In this document: positions 56,765 to 64,000 of the stretch, in pieces
Layout: each line of letters opens with the position of its first letter
Numbering within the stretch: the first letter of the stretch is position 1
Assembly (NCBI GenBank): GCA_003223415.1
Contig: QHUY01000044.1
Location: forward strand, 30,443-94,442
Direction of reading: 5' to 3'
Origin: Gemmatimonadota bacterium
Lineage (GTDB): Bacteria > Gemmatimonadota > Gemmatimonadetes > Gemmatimonadales > GWC2-71-9
Length of the DNA stretch: 64,000 bases
Made by a program: the position numbers and the translations under genes
The notes under the pieces: model-generated
What the model was told of the DNA's origin: nothing
Databases searched by the model: none
The model's input: the letters and a program-made list of their open reading frames with translations, nothing else

Positions 56765-59640
56765 TGCGGAGCCCTCCCCTCCCCGTCATCCGGACGGCGG
56801 CCCTGCTGCTCGTGGCCCTCGCGGCGCTGCCGGTCGCGGCGACGGCCCAGTTCGGCTACTTCGGACAGAACAAGGTTCAGTACCGCCGCTTCGACTGGCG
56901 GGTGCTCCGCAGCGACCACACGGACCTCTACTTCTACCCGGAAGAGGAAGAGCTCGGCCGCGTGGCGCTCGGCTATGCCGAGGAGAGCTACGGCGTGCTG
57001 GCGCGGCGCTTCAACCACGCCGTGCGGCGCCGCATTCCCCTGATCATCTACGCCTCGCACACCGACTTCGAGCAAACCAACATCCTGCCGTTCGTCCCCC
57101 CCGAGGGACTGCTCGGCGTGACCGAATTCCTGAAGCGCCGCGTCACCCTGCCGTTCACGGGCAGTTACACCGACTTCCGCCACACCCTGCGGCACGAGCT
57201 GGTGCACGTCTTCCAGCTGAGTCTCGAAACCGAGGTGTTCGCGCGCTATCCGCGCCTGCATCACGCCACCCTGCCGCTGTGGTACACCGAAGGGCTCGCC
57301 GAATTCTTCTCGGCTGGGGAGGACTCGCGGGACGAGATGATCCTCCGGGACATGACCATCTCCGGCCAGCTGCCGGCGCTCAAGGACCTCACCTACGCCT
57401 ACGGCGGGATCATCTACCCCCTGGGCGGGGTGATCCATCGCTACCTGGCCGAGCGCTACGGCGAGTGGCGCATCCCCGAGCTCTACCGCCAGCTCTGGAA
57501 GTATCCGACGTTCGCGGAGGCGATGGCCGGAGTCTACGGGCGTACACTCGAGCAGCTGTCGGACGAGTGGCAGTTCTGGATGCGCCGCCGCTACTTCCCC
57601 GTGGTGAAGGAGGCGACCCCGCTGGCGATCACCTCCCAGCTCCTCACCCGGCTCGCGATCAAGCCCACGGGGTACTGGAACAGCCGGGACAGCACCAGCG
57701 CGTTCCTGTATTTCTCGCCCGCGACGGGGTACACCAACATCTATGCGCAGGAGTTTGGGAGCCGTCGCCGACACGTCGTGGTGCAGGGGGAGCGCACGCC
57801 GCAGTTCGAGTCGTTCCACTTCTTCGAGTCGCGCATGGACGTGAGCTCGAGCGGTGTCGTCGTCTTCGGGAGCCGATACTTGGACCGCGACGCGCTGTTC
57901 TTCTGGAATCTCGCCGAGCACCGTGTGGTGGGCCGCTACCAATTTCCGGAGCTGGTGTCCATCCTCTCCCCGACCTGGGTGCCGGACGGCAAGAGTGTGG
58001 TCTTCAGCGGGCTCTCGGTGTCGGGCTACTCGGACCTGTACCGCCTGTGGCTTGCCGGCGGCCGGCTCGAGCGGCTGACCTCGGACCGTTATCAGGACCT
58101 CGATCCCACGGTGAGTCCCGACGGACGCTCGGTGGTGTTCGCCTCCGATCGCACGGCGTTCGGGCCCAACGCCGCGCGCAACCTCTTCGCGCTCGATCTC
58201 GCGACCGGGGCGATTCGCTATCTGACCTACGGCGACTGGCGCGACGAGACGCCCCGCTGGTCGGTCGCCACCGGCCGCATTTACTTCTCCAGCGACCGCG
58301 ACGGCACGCCCCAGATCTACTCGGTGGACTCGACCGGGACGGGCCGCCGCGAGACCAACACGGTGAACGGCGCCTTCGACCCGCAGTACCTGGAGCGCGA
58401 AGGCGGACTGGTGTTCGGCGGGTTCGCCGACCTGAGTTTCAACCTCTACTTCGCTCGCCCGGCGGCCGACAGCACGGCGCCGACCTTTGCGCTGGCCGCC
58501 GACCGCCGGCCGCCAGAGTGGACCTGGCCCGAGCTGTCCAACCCGCCGTACGCTCGCGCCGACGCCATGCCGTTTGAAAAGAAGTACTCCCTCGACGTGG
58601 CGGCCGGGGACGCCGTCGTGGCGCCGGGCCTCGGCTCGGCCCAGGGAGCCGTGTTCCTGTTCAGCGACCAGCTGAGCGACCACATGGTGTTCCTGGGGGT
58701 CTCCTCCTTCCAGTTCCAGGGGAGCGGTCTCGGGAACCTGCTCGACAACCTCAACGGCACCGTGTTCTATCTCGACCAGTCGCGTCGGGTGAACTGGGGC
58801 GTGGGCGCGTTCCGGCTGCGCGGCCTATTCTACGAGGGCGACTTCAGCACGATCTTCCAGGAGACCTCGAGCGGCGTCTTCACCCAGGTCCGCTACCCGC
58901 TGTCGCGGTTCCGGCGCGTCGAGGCCGAGTACCGGGTGGAGCACTCCGACCGCTTCGACATCACCCAGCCCAACGTCCTCACCGGCAGCGGCGACCTCAC
59001 CGACCTCCACCGTGTCGGCTGGCTCGCGTCGAACTATCTGAGCTACATCAAGGACAACACGCTGTGGCTCGAGACCGGCCCGATCGACGGCGAACGCTTC
59101 AACTTCACCGCCGGGCTCGTCAACGACATCAGCAACGGCCGCTTCGACTCCTGGGTCGCCTCGGGCGACTGGCGGCACTACTCCCGCACCTCGCTGCGCA
59201 GCGCCTTCGCGGTGCGCGCCCTGGGCTACTATGCCGGCGGCCAGCGGCCGCGCCGCGTCAGCATCGGCGGCTCCTGGGCTATGCGCGGTTACCCCGGCTA
59301 CGGCTACGTCGCCGGCACGCGCGCCTGGATGCTGAACGCCGAGTGGCGCTTCCCCATCACCGACTTTGTGTCGATCGGCTTCCCCTTCGGTGTCGTGCGG
59401 CTCCCCGGGGTGCAGGCGGCGTTCTTCGTGGACTACGGGCGCGCCTGGACGGAGTTCTCCACGGCGCGCGGCGTGTTGGGGAGCACCGGCATCGGGTTCC
59501 GCATGCCGGTCGTCCAGCCCCTGGTGCTGCGGCTCGACCTCGGCTGGCGCTTCCACCACGGCAATGCCGACCTGTACGGCCTACCCGACGGCAGCCAGCG
59601 ACCCCGCTTCGTGGACTTCTTCTTCGGTTTTAACTATTGA
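56764..59640 (+). CDS. Omp85-superfamily protein with N-terminal gluzincin peptidase-like and TolB/PD40 propeller domains
   Basis: Signal peptide; FGQNKVQY; HELVH...EGLAE; PTVSPDGRSVVFASDR repeats; barrel with MRGY and terminal FFFGFNY. Confidence 0.82.
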   Translation: MRSPPLPVIRTAALLLVALAALPVAATAQFGYFGQNKVQYRRFDWRVLRSDHTDLYFYPEEEELGRVALGYAEESYGVLARRFNHAVRRRIPLIIYASHTDFEQTNILPFVPPEGLLGVTEFLKRRVTLPFTGSYTDFRHTLRHELVHVFQLSLETEVFARYPRLHHATLPLWYTEGLAEFFSAGEDSRDEMILRDMTISGQLPALKDLTYAYGGIIYPLGGVIHRYLAERYGEWRIPELYRQLWKYPTFAEAMAGVYGRTLEQLSDEWQFWMRRRYFPVVKEATPLAITSQLLTRLAIKPTGYWNSRDSTSAFLYFSPATGYTNIYAQEFGSRRRHVVVQGERTPQFESFHFFESRMDVSSSGVVVFGSRYLDRDALFFWNLAEHRVVGRYQFPELVSILSPTWVPDGKSVVFSGLSVSGYSDLYRLWLAGGRLERLTSDRYQDLDPTVSPDGRSVVFASDRTAFGPNAARNLFALDLATGAIRYLTYGDWRDETPRWSVATGRIYFSSDRDGTPQIYSVDSTGTGRRETNTVNGAFDPQYLEREGGLVFGGFADLSFNLYFARPAADSTAPTFALAADRRPPEWTWPELSNPPYARADAMPFEKKYSLDVAAGDAVVAPGLGSAQGAVFLFSDQLSDHMVFLGVSSFQFQGSGLGNLLDNLNGTVFYLDQSRRVNWGVGAFRLRGLFYEGDFSTIFQETSSGVFTQVRYPLSRFRRVEAEYRVEHSDRFDITQPNVLTGSGDLTDLHRVGWLASNYLSYIKDNTLWLETGPIDGERFNFTAGLVNDISNGRFDSWVASGDWRHYSRTSLRSAFAVRALGYYAGGQRPRRVSIGGSWAMRGYPGYGYVAGTRAWMLNAEWRFPITDFVSIGFPFGVVRLPGVQAAFFVDYGRAWTEFSTARGVLGSTGIGFRMPVVQPLVLRLDLGWRFHHGNADLYGLPDGSQRPRFVDFFFGFNY

Positions 59641-59654
59641 ATCGGCAATGGGTT

Positions 59655-60350
59655 GTGCTTGACCGCCTCCGCTCCCTTTCCTACATTGGCGCGTGTGCAG
59701 CGGCGGCGGGCTGTCACCATGCACTCGCTCCGCTGGTCCCAGTAGGGCTGCCCCCTGCGGCGCGGGACAGCGCGCTCGCCTGGACGCTCGCCATGGTGCC
59801 ACCGCATCACACGGCGATCCGGTTCCGGTGGAAGTACCGCGATGACCGCCAGAGCGCCGGGGGGCGGGGGCAGGCGCGCATTGCGCCGCCGGACTCGCTC
59901 CGGTTCGACTGGGTGGCGACGCTGGGGCTGGCCTCGGGGGCGGCGGTGCTGGTCGGTGATTCGGTGCGATGGGCGGACCCCGAGGAGAGCTTTCACTCCC
60001 TCGTACCGGCGATCCCGATGCTCTGGGCGTCGCTCGGCACGGTCCGGCCACCGGCGGCCGACGCGGCCGTGTCGGGGAAGGCGGACCCCCCCCGCGAGCT
60101 GTGGCGGTTCGTCCGCGGCGCGGACACCCTGACCTACGTGGCGACGGCGGCCACTCCCCGGGTGTTGGAGGCCGAGTGGCGGCAGGGCGGGAAAGTGGTG
60201 GCGCGCAGCCGAACGGTCTACGATGCGGAAGCGCGGCCCGCCAGCGCCCGCGTCGATTTCCCGGAGGGCTCGGCGCGTTTTGAGTTCACCGTGGTGGCAG
60301 TGGATACGATGGTGGTCATTGCGCCGGCTCTGTGGCGCAGCCGCCGTTAG
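59655..60350 (+). CDS. Hypothetical lipoprotein (LolA/LolB-like fold possible)
   Basis: AAGC lipobox; beta-rich; RIAPPDSLRFD. Confidence 0.6.
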   Translation: MLDRLRSLSYIGACAAAAGCHHALAPLVPVGLPPAARDSALAWTLAMVPPHHTAIRFRWKYRDDRQSAGGRGQARIAPPDSLRFDWVATLGLASGAAVLVGDSVRWADPEESFHSLVPAIPMLWASLGTVRPPAADAAVSGKADPPRELWRFVRGADTLTYVATAATPRVLEAEWRQGGKVVARSRTVYDAEARPASARVDFPEGSARFEFTVVAVDTMVVIAPALWRSRR

Positions 60351-60813
60351 CGCGGCGACGCTGGGCCTCGCCGCCTGCCTGTACCATTTCTCCGGCGGCG
60401 GGCTGCCCAACGTCAAGACCGTGGCGATCCTGCCGTTCGACAACGACACGCCGGAGCCGGCGCTGACCCGGGAAGTCAACGACGCCGTTCGCGAGGCGCT
60501 GGAGAATCGGTTGGGGCTGCGGCTGGCGGGCGAGCAGAACGCCGACGCCGTCGTGCGGGGCCGCATCGCGCGCTACGAGCCGGACGTGCCACTCGCCGTA
60601 CAGCCCGGGGTGGGGACCGTGAACGTGACCCGCCGCCAGATCCAGCTCACGGTGGACGTGGAAATCGTGGACCAGCGCGACGGGCACACCGTATGGAAGC
60701 ACGAGGTGACGGTGAACGGCGACTACCAGCCGCCGCAGGAAGCCGACGGCCGGAAAATCGCGCTGCAGAAGCTCGTGACCGAGATCGTGGACGGAGCGCA
60801 GTCCCAATGGTAG
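60319..60813 (+). CDS. LptE-like lipoprotein
   Basis: LAAC lipobox then YHFSGG, KTVAILPFDN, ADAVVRGRI..Y, C-terminal W; TTG start inferred. Confidence 0.7.
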   Translation: MRRLCGAAAVSAATLGLAACLYHFSGGGLPNVKTVAILPFDNDTPEPALTREVNDAVREALENRLGLRLAGEQNADAVVRGRIARYEPDVPLAVQPGVGTVNVTRRQIQLTVDVEIVDQRDGHTVWKHEVTVNGDYQPPQEADGRKIALQKLVTEIVDGAQSQW

Positions 60814-61181
60814 CTCGGTGGCTGCACGCCCGGCGCGGGGCCAGCTCTACCGGATGCCTCATCTCGCTGCTCGTCTTTGTGGCGCTGCTGTACTACGGAG
60901 TGAAGATCGGCGGGGTGTACATGCGCTATTACCAGCTCCTCGACGAGATGCAGTCGCAGGCGCGGGTCGCCGCGGCGCTCGACGACGGCACGATACGCCG
61001 CCGCCTCCAGGCCGCCTTTCAGGAAATCGGCGTGTCCGAGAACGCCACCACGAACCTCCGTATCCGCCGCAGCCTGTCGCCGCGGGAGATCGACATTGAC
61101 ACGTCGTACAGCGAGGCGGTCCACCTGCCGCTGTTCAATCACACCTTCGAGTTCCATCCGAGAGCGACCGAGCCGCTGTAA
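60807..61181 (+). CDS. DUF4845-like protein with pilin-like N-terminus
   Basis: RRG|ASSTGCLISLL.. single TM, C-terminal Y...V.LP..FEF. Confidence 0.55.
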   Translation: MVARWLHARRGASSTGCLISLLVFVALLYYGVKIGGVYMRYYQLLDEMQSQARVAAALDDGTIRRRLQAAFQEIGVSENATTNLRIRRSLSPREIDIDTSYSEAVHLPLFNHTFEFHPRATEPL

Positions 61182-61203
61182 AGCGCTTGCCCTCGCGGCG
61201 CTC

Positions 61204-62463
61204 CTGCCGCTCCTGCTGGGGGCGACAGGGGACCTGCCGGTCGTCCGCTTCTTCGCCGTTCTCGCGCTGATGCTGGTCGCCGCCAAGTTTGCCGGCGAGG
61301 TGGTGGAGCGCCTGGGCCAGCCGGCCGTGCTGGGCGAGCTGGTCGTCGGCATCGTGTTGGGCGCGGGGGCGCTCAAGATCATTCCCACCGCGCCCGACGA
61401 CCCGCTCACCGGAGTATTTCGTCTCCTGGCCCAAGTCGGCGTCGTGGTCCTGCTCTTCGAGATCGGGCTCGCGACCGACCTCAAGGCCATGGGCCGCGTC
61501 GGCGCCGCCGCCACGGCGGTGGCCTGCGTCGGCGTCGCCGTGCCGTTCGTGCTCGGCTATCTGTACTGGAGGTCGGGGTGGCATGGCTACGAGCACAGCG
61601 TCTCCGATCCCACCACGACCGCCATCTTCGTCGGCGCGACGCTGACCGCCACGTCGGTCGGCATCACGGCTCGCGTGCTGCACGACCTGGGCGCGCTGCA
61701 CAGCGTGGAGGCTCGTACCATCCTCGGGGCCGCGGTGATCGACGACGTGGTGGGCCTGGTGATCCTGGGCGTCGTCTCGGGGCTCGCCGCCGGCACGGCG
61801 CTCAGCCTCGCGGGCGTGGCCCGGATGCTCGGCGTCGCGGTCGGGTTTCTGGTGATCGCCGTGTGGCTCGGCCTCACGATCACCCCGTGGCTGTTCGGCG
61901 TCGTGGACCGCATGCGCGTGCGGGGAGTCCTGCTGGTCTCCGCGTTCGCGTTCCTGCTGGGGCTGTGCGCGCTCGCCGCGACGGCGGGGTCCGCGTTCAT
62001 CATCGGCGCGTTCGCGGCCGGCCTCATTCTGTCCGAGACCAATCAGTTCGACGCCATCGAGGAGCGCATCAAGCCCGTCGCCGATATCTTCACGCCGCTC
62101 TTCTTCCTCAGCATCGGAGCCAGCGTCGACCTCAGCGTGTGGAATCCCGCCGACCCCGCCAACCGCGCCACGCTGTCCATCGCGGGGACGCTGTTCGCGA
62201 TCGCCGTGCTGGGCAAGCTCGTGAGCGGCTGGGCGGTGCCGTGGCGCAAGTTTAACCGCTGGGCGGTGGGGGTCGGGATGGCGCCGCGGGGCGAGGTCGG
62301 CCTCATCTTCGCCCAGATCGGGCTCACGGCGGGGATCCTCTCCGGCCGGCTGTTCAGCGCCATCCTGCTCGTGGTCATCGCCACGACGCTCGTGTCGCCG
62401 CCGTTCCTCAAGTGGGCCTTCCGGGTACGGGGGAAGACGGAAGAGGAATTCGCGGGCGCATGA
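61204..62463 (+). CDS. Cation:proton antiporter (CPA2/NapA-like)
   Basis: GQPAVLGEL, LFEIGL, ATSVGIT, AAVIDD, GAFAAG, PRGEVG; start uncertain (about 61180-61270). Confidence 0.88.
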   Translation: MPLLLGATGDLPVVRFFAVLALMLVAAKFAGEVVERLGQPAVLGELVVGIVLGAGALKIIPTAPDDPLTGVFRLLAQVGVVVLLFEIGLATDLKAMGRVGAAATAVACVGVAVPFVLGYLYWRSGWHGYEHSVSDPTTTAIFVGATLTATSVGITARVLHDLGALHSVEARTILGAAVIDDVVGLVILGVVSGLAAGTALSLAGVARMLGVAVGFLVIAVWLGLTITPWLFGVVDRMRVRGVLLVSAFAFLLGLCALAATAGSAFIIGAFAAGLILSETNQFDAIEERIKPVADIFTPLFFLSIGASVDLSVWNPADPANRATLSIAGTLFAIAVLGKLVSGWAVPWRKFNRWAVGVGMAPRGEVGLIFAQIGLTAGILSGRLFSAILLVVIATTLVSPPFLKWAFRVRGKTEEEFAGA

Positions 62464-62942
62464 CTACCGCCGGAAAGATCCGGACCCTCGAGGACGCGGC
62501 ACGGTGGCGCGTCGCGCAGCAGGGTCTGGGCCCGGTCGTCTTCACGAACGGCGTGTTCGACCTGCTGCACGCCGGGCACGTCGCCCTGCTCGAGGCGGCA
62601 CGCGCCGAGGGCGTGGCGCTCGTCGTCGGCGTGAACAGCGACGCGTCGGTCCGGCGGCTGGGGAAGGGGACCGACCGCCCCTATGTCCCGGCTGCCGAGC
62701 GGGCCCGGCTGCTGGCGGGGCTGGCGTGTGTGGACTGCGTCGTCATCTTCGCTGAGGACACTCCGCTCGCGTTGATCGGGCGGCTGCGCCCGGACGTGCT
62801 GGTCAAGGGCGCGGATTACGCTCGGGAGCAGATTGTCGGGGCGGACGAGGTGGAAGGGTGGGGGGGGCGCGTCGTTCGGATCCCGCTGGTGCCGGGGAAG
62901 TCTACGACCGACCTGCTCCGCAAACTGAACGGTCCGAAATGA
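62460..62942 (+). CDS. rfaE2: D-glycero-beta-D-manno-heptose 1-phosphate adenylyltransferase
   Basis: FTNGVFDLLHAGH, VGVNSDASVRRL.K, EDTP, PDVLVKGADY, STT. Confidence 0.9.
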   Translation: MTTAGKIRTLEDAARWRVAQQGLGPVVFTNGVFDLLHAGHVALLEAARAEGVALVVGVNSDASVRRLGKGTDRPYVPAAERARLLAGLACVDCVVIFAEDTPLALIGRLRPDVLVKGADYAREQIVGADEVEGWGGRVVRIPLVPGKSTTDLLRKLNGPK

Positions 62943-62952
62943 CCTTTCGATC

Positions 62953-62985
62953 CAATCCGCAATCCGCAATCCCCAATCCGCAATG
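62953..62985. repeat. Heptamer array (CAATCCS)x4 running into the rdgB ATG
   Basis: CAATCCG CAATCCG CAATCCC CAATCCG CA-ATG. Confidence 0.9.
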
Positions 62986-63615
62986 AAGTTACTCGTCGCC
63001 ACGCGCAGCCCGGGCAAAGTCCGTGAGATCCGCGAGCTGTTCGCGGGCCTGCCGTTCGAGATCCAGTTTCCCGCCGACCGGTTCCTGGAGCGGTTGCCCG
63101 AGGAGGCCGATCTGGAGCGGGGGTCCACCTACACCGAGAATGCTACCGCTAAGGCCCGCTACTTCGCGCAGCGCAGTGGCTTTCCTACCGTCGCCGACGA
63201 CTCCGGGCTCGAGGTGGATGCCCTGGGTGGGGCGCCCGGGATCCACTCGGCCCGCTGGGCGAGGGAAACGGGGGAGGGAGGGGCGGGTGGCGGTGGCCTG
63301 GACGCGCGGAACAACGCGCTGCTGCTCGAACGGCTGGCGGGCGTGCCCGAGACGCAGCGCACGGCGCGCTACCGCTGCATCGTCGCTTACCTCGAGACCC
63401 CTTCCGGGATTCCCGAGATCGTCGAGGCGAGCTGCGAGGGCTTCATTCTGCCGGCGCCCCGCGGGACCGGCGGGTTCGGCTACGACCCGCTGTTTTTCTC
63501 CACCGACCTCCGCATGAGCTTCGGGGAGGCGCCGCCGGCGGCCAAGCACCGGGTCTCTCATCGGGGCCGGGCCTTCCGGGCGCTGATCGAGGTGCTGCTG
63601 CGGCGGGTCAAGTGA
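62983..63615 (+). CDS. rdgB: Non-canonical purine NTP pyrophosphatase (RdgB/HAM1)
   Basis: ATRSPGK, ENATAKA, ADDSGLEVDALGGAPGIHSAR, GFGYDPLF, SHRG. Confidence 0.94.
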   Translation: MKLLVATRSPGKVREIRELFAGLPFEIQFPADRFLERLPEEADLERGSTYTENATAKARYFAQRSGFPTVADDSGLEVDALGGAPGIHSARWARETGEGGAGGGGLDARNNALLLERLAGVPETQRTARYRCIVAYLETPSGIPEIVEASCEGFILPAPRGTGGFGYDPLFFSTDLRMSFGEAPPAAKHRVSHRGRAFRALIEVLLRRVK

Positions 63616-64000
63616 GCGCCGGCCCAGGCAGCCTCGCGCTGGTCCTGGCGGGCGGCGGAGCCAGGGCCGCGTATGAAGTGGGCGTCCTGTCGGCGATCGG
63701 CGACCGGATGCCTGGCTTGGAGTTTCCTATCGTGACCGGCGTATCCGCGGGCGCGATCAACGCCGTCTACCTCGCGGCGCACGCGGGGACGCTGCCCGCC
63801 GCACTGGCGACGCTGCGTGACCACTGGAGCCACCTCGTGGTTGATCGCGTCTACCGCATCCAGCCGTGGCGCCTGGCGCGGGCGCTGGTGCGCGGCGTGG
63901 CCGCAACCCTGCTGGGCAGGCACGGAGAGGCTGCTGTCGTCCGCGGCCTGATGGACATGAGCCCGCTGCGGGGATCTCTGGCCGCGCGCCTCGATTTCGC
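63612..64000 (+). CDS. Patatin-like phospholipase, partial (runs off window end)
   Basis: LVLAGGGARAAYEVGVL and GVSAG nucleophile elbow. Confidence 0.88.
   Translation, partial: MSAGPGSLALVLAGGGARAAYEVGVLSAIGDRMPGLEFPIVTGVSAGAINAVYLAAHAGTLPAALATLRDHWSHLVVDRVYRIQPWRLARALVRGVAATLLGRHGEAAVVRGLMDMSPLRGSLAARLDF

Overview
High-GC bacterial chromosome window made up almost entirely of housekeeping and envelope genes. Gene content and order suggest a Gemmatimonadota-like diderm (inference only). It contains miaA(3' end)-bshA-UbiA-uppP-birA-coaX, groES/groEL under a CIRCE element, a minus-strand Roadblock/receiver/ManC/GlmU-like/Ser-Thr kinase run, serS-HK-pcrA-gatCAB, murA-pgeF, rimP-nusA-infB-rbfA-truB-ribF-secDF-tatD-fhs-ridA, a tRNA-Sec, murI, lpxH, deoC with a split ALDH16-like gene, and an outer-membrane cluster (HEAT-cyclophilin, peptidase-propeller-Omp85, LptE-like). 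No phage, transposase, CRISPR or defence system was seen. The most unusual signal is a layer of small repeats embedded in genes. Several families of 7/8-mer tandem arrays, often in inverted pairs, supply stop or start codons, linkers and signal-peptide flanks, and one creates an in-frame TAG that splits the ALDH. There is also a two-copy IS630-type MITE (one copy inserted in-frame in tatD), a covarying REP-like pair, many G/C 9-13 homopolymers, leaderless-style promoters, a frameshifted HD-GYP relic and a frameshifted geranylgeranyl-reductase-like gene. Everything was read by eye, so start codons and family assignments were not checked by any search.
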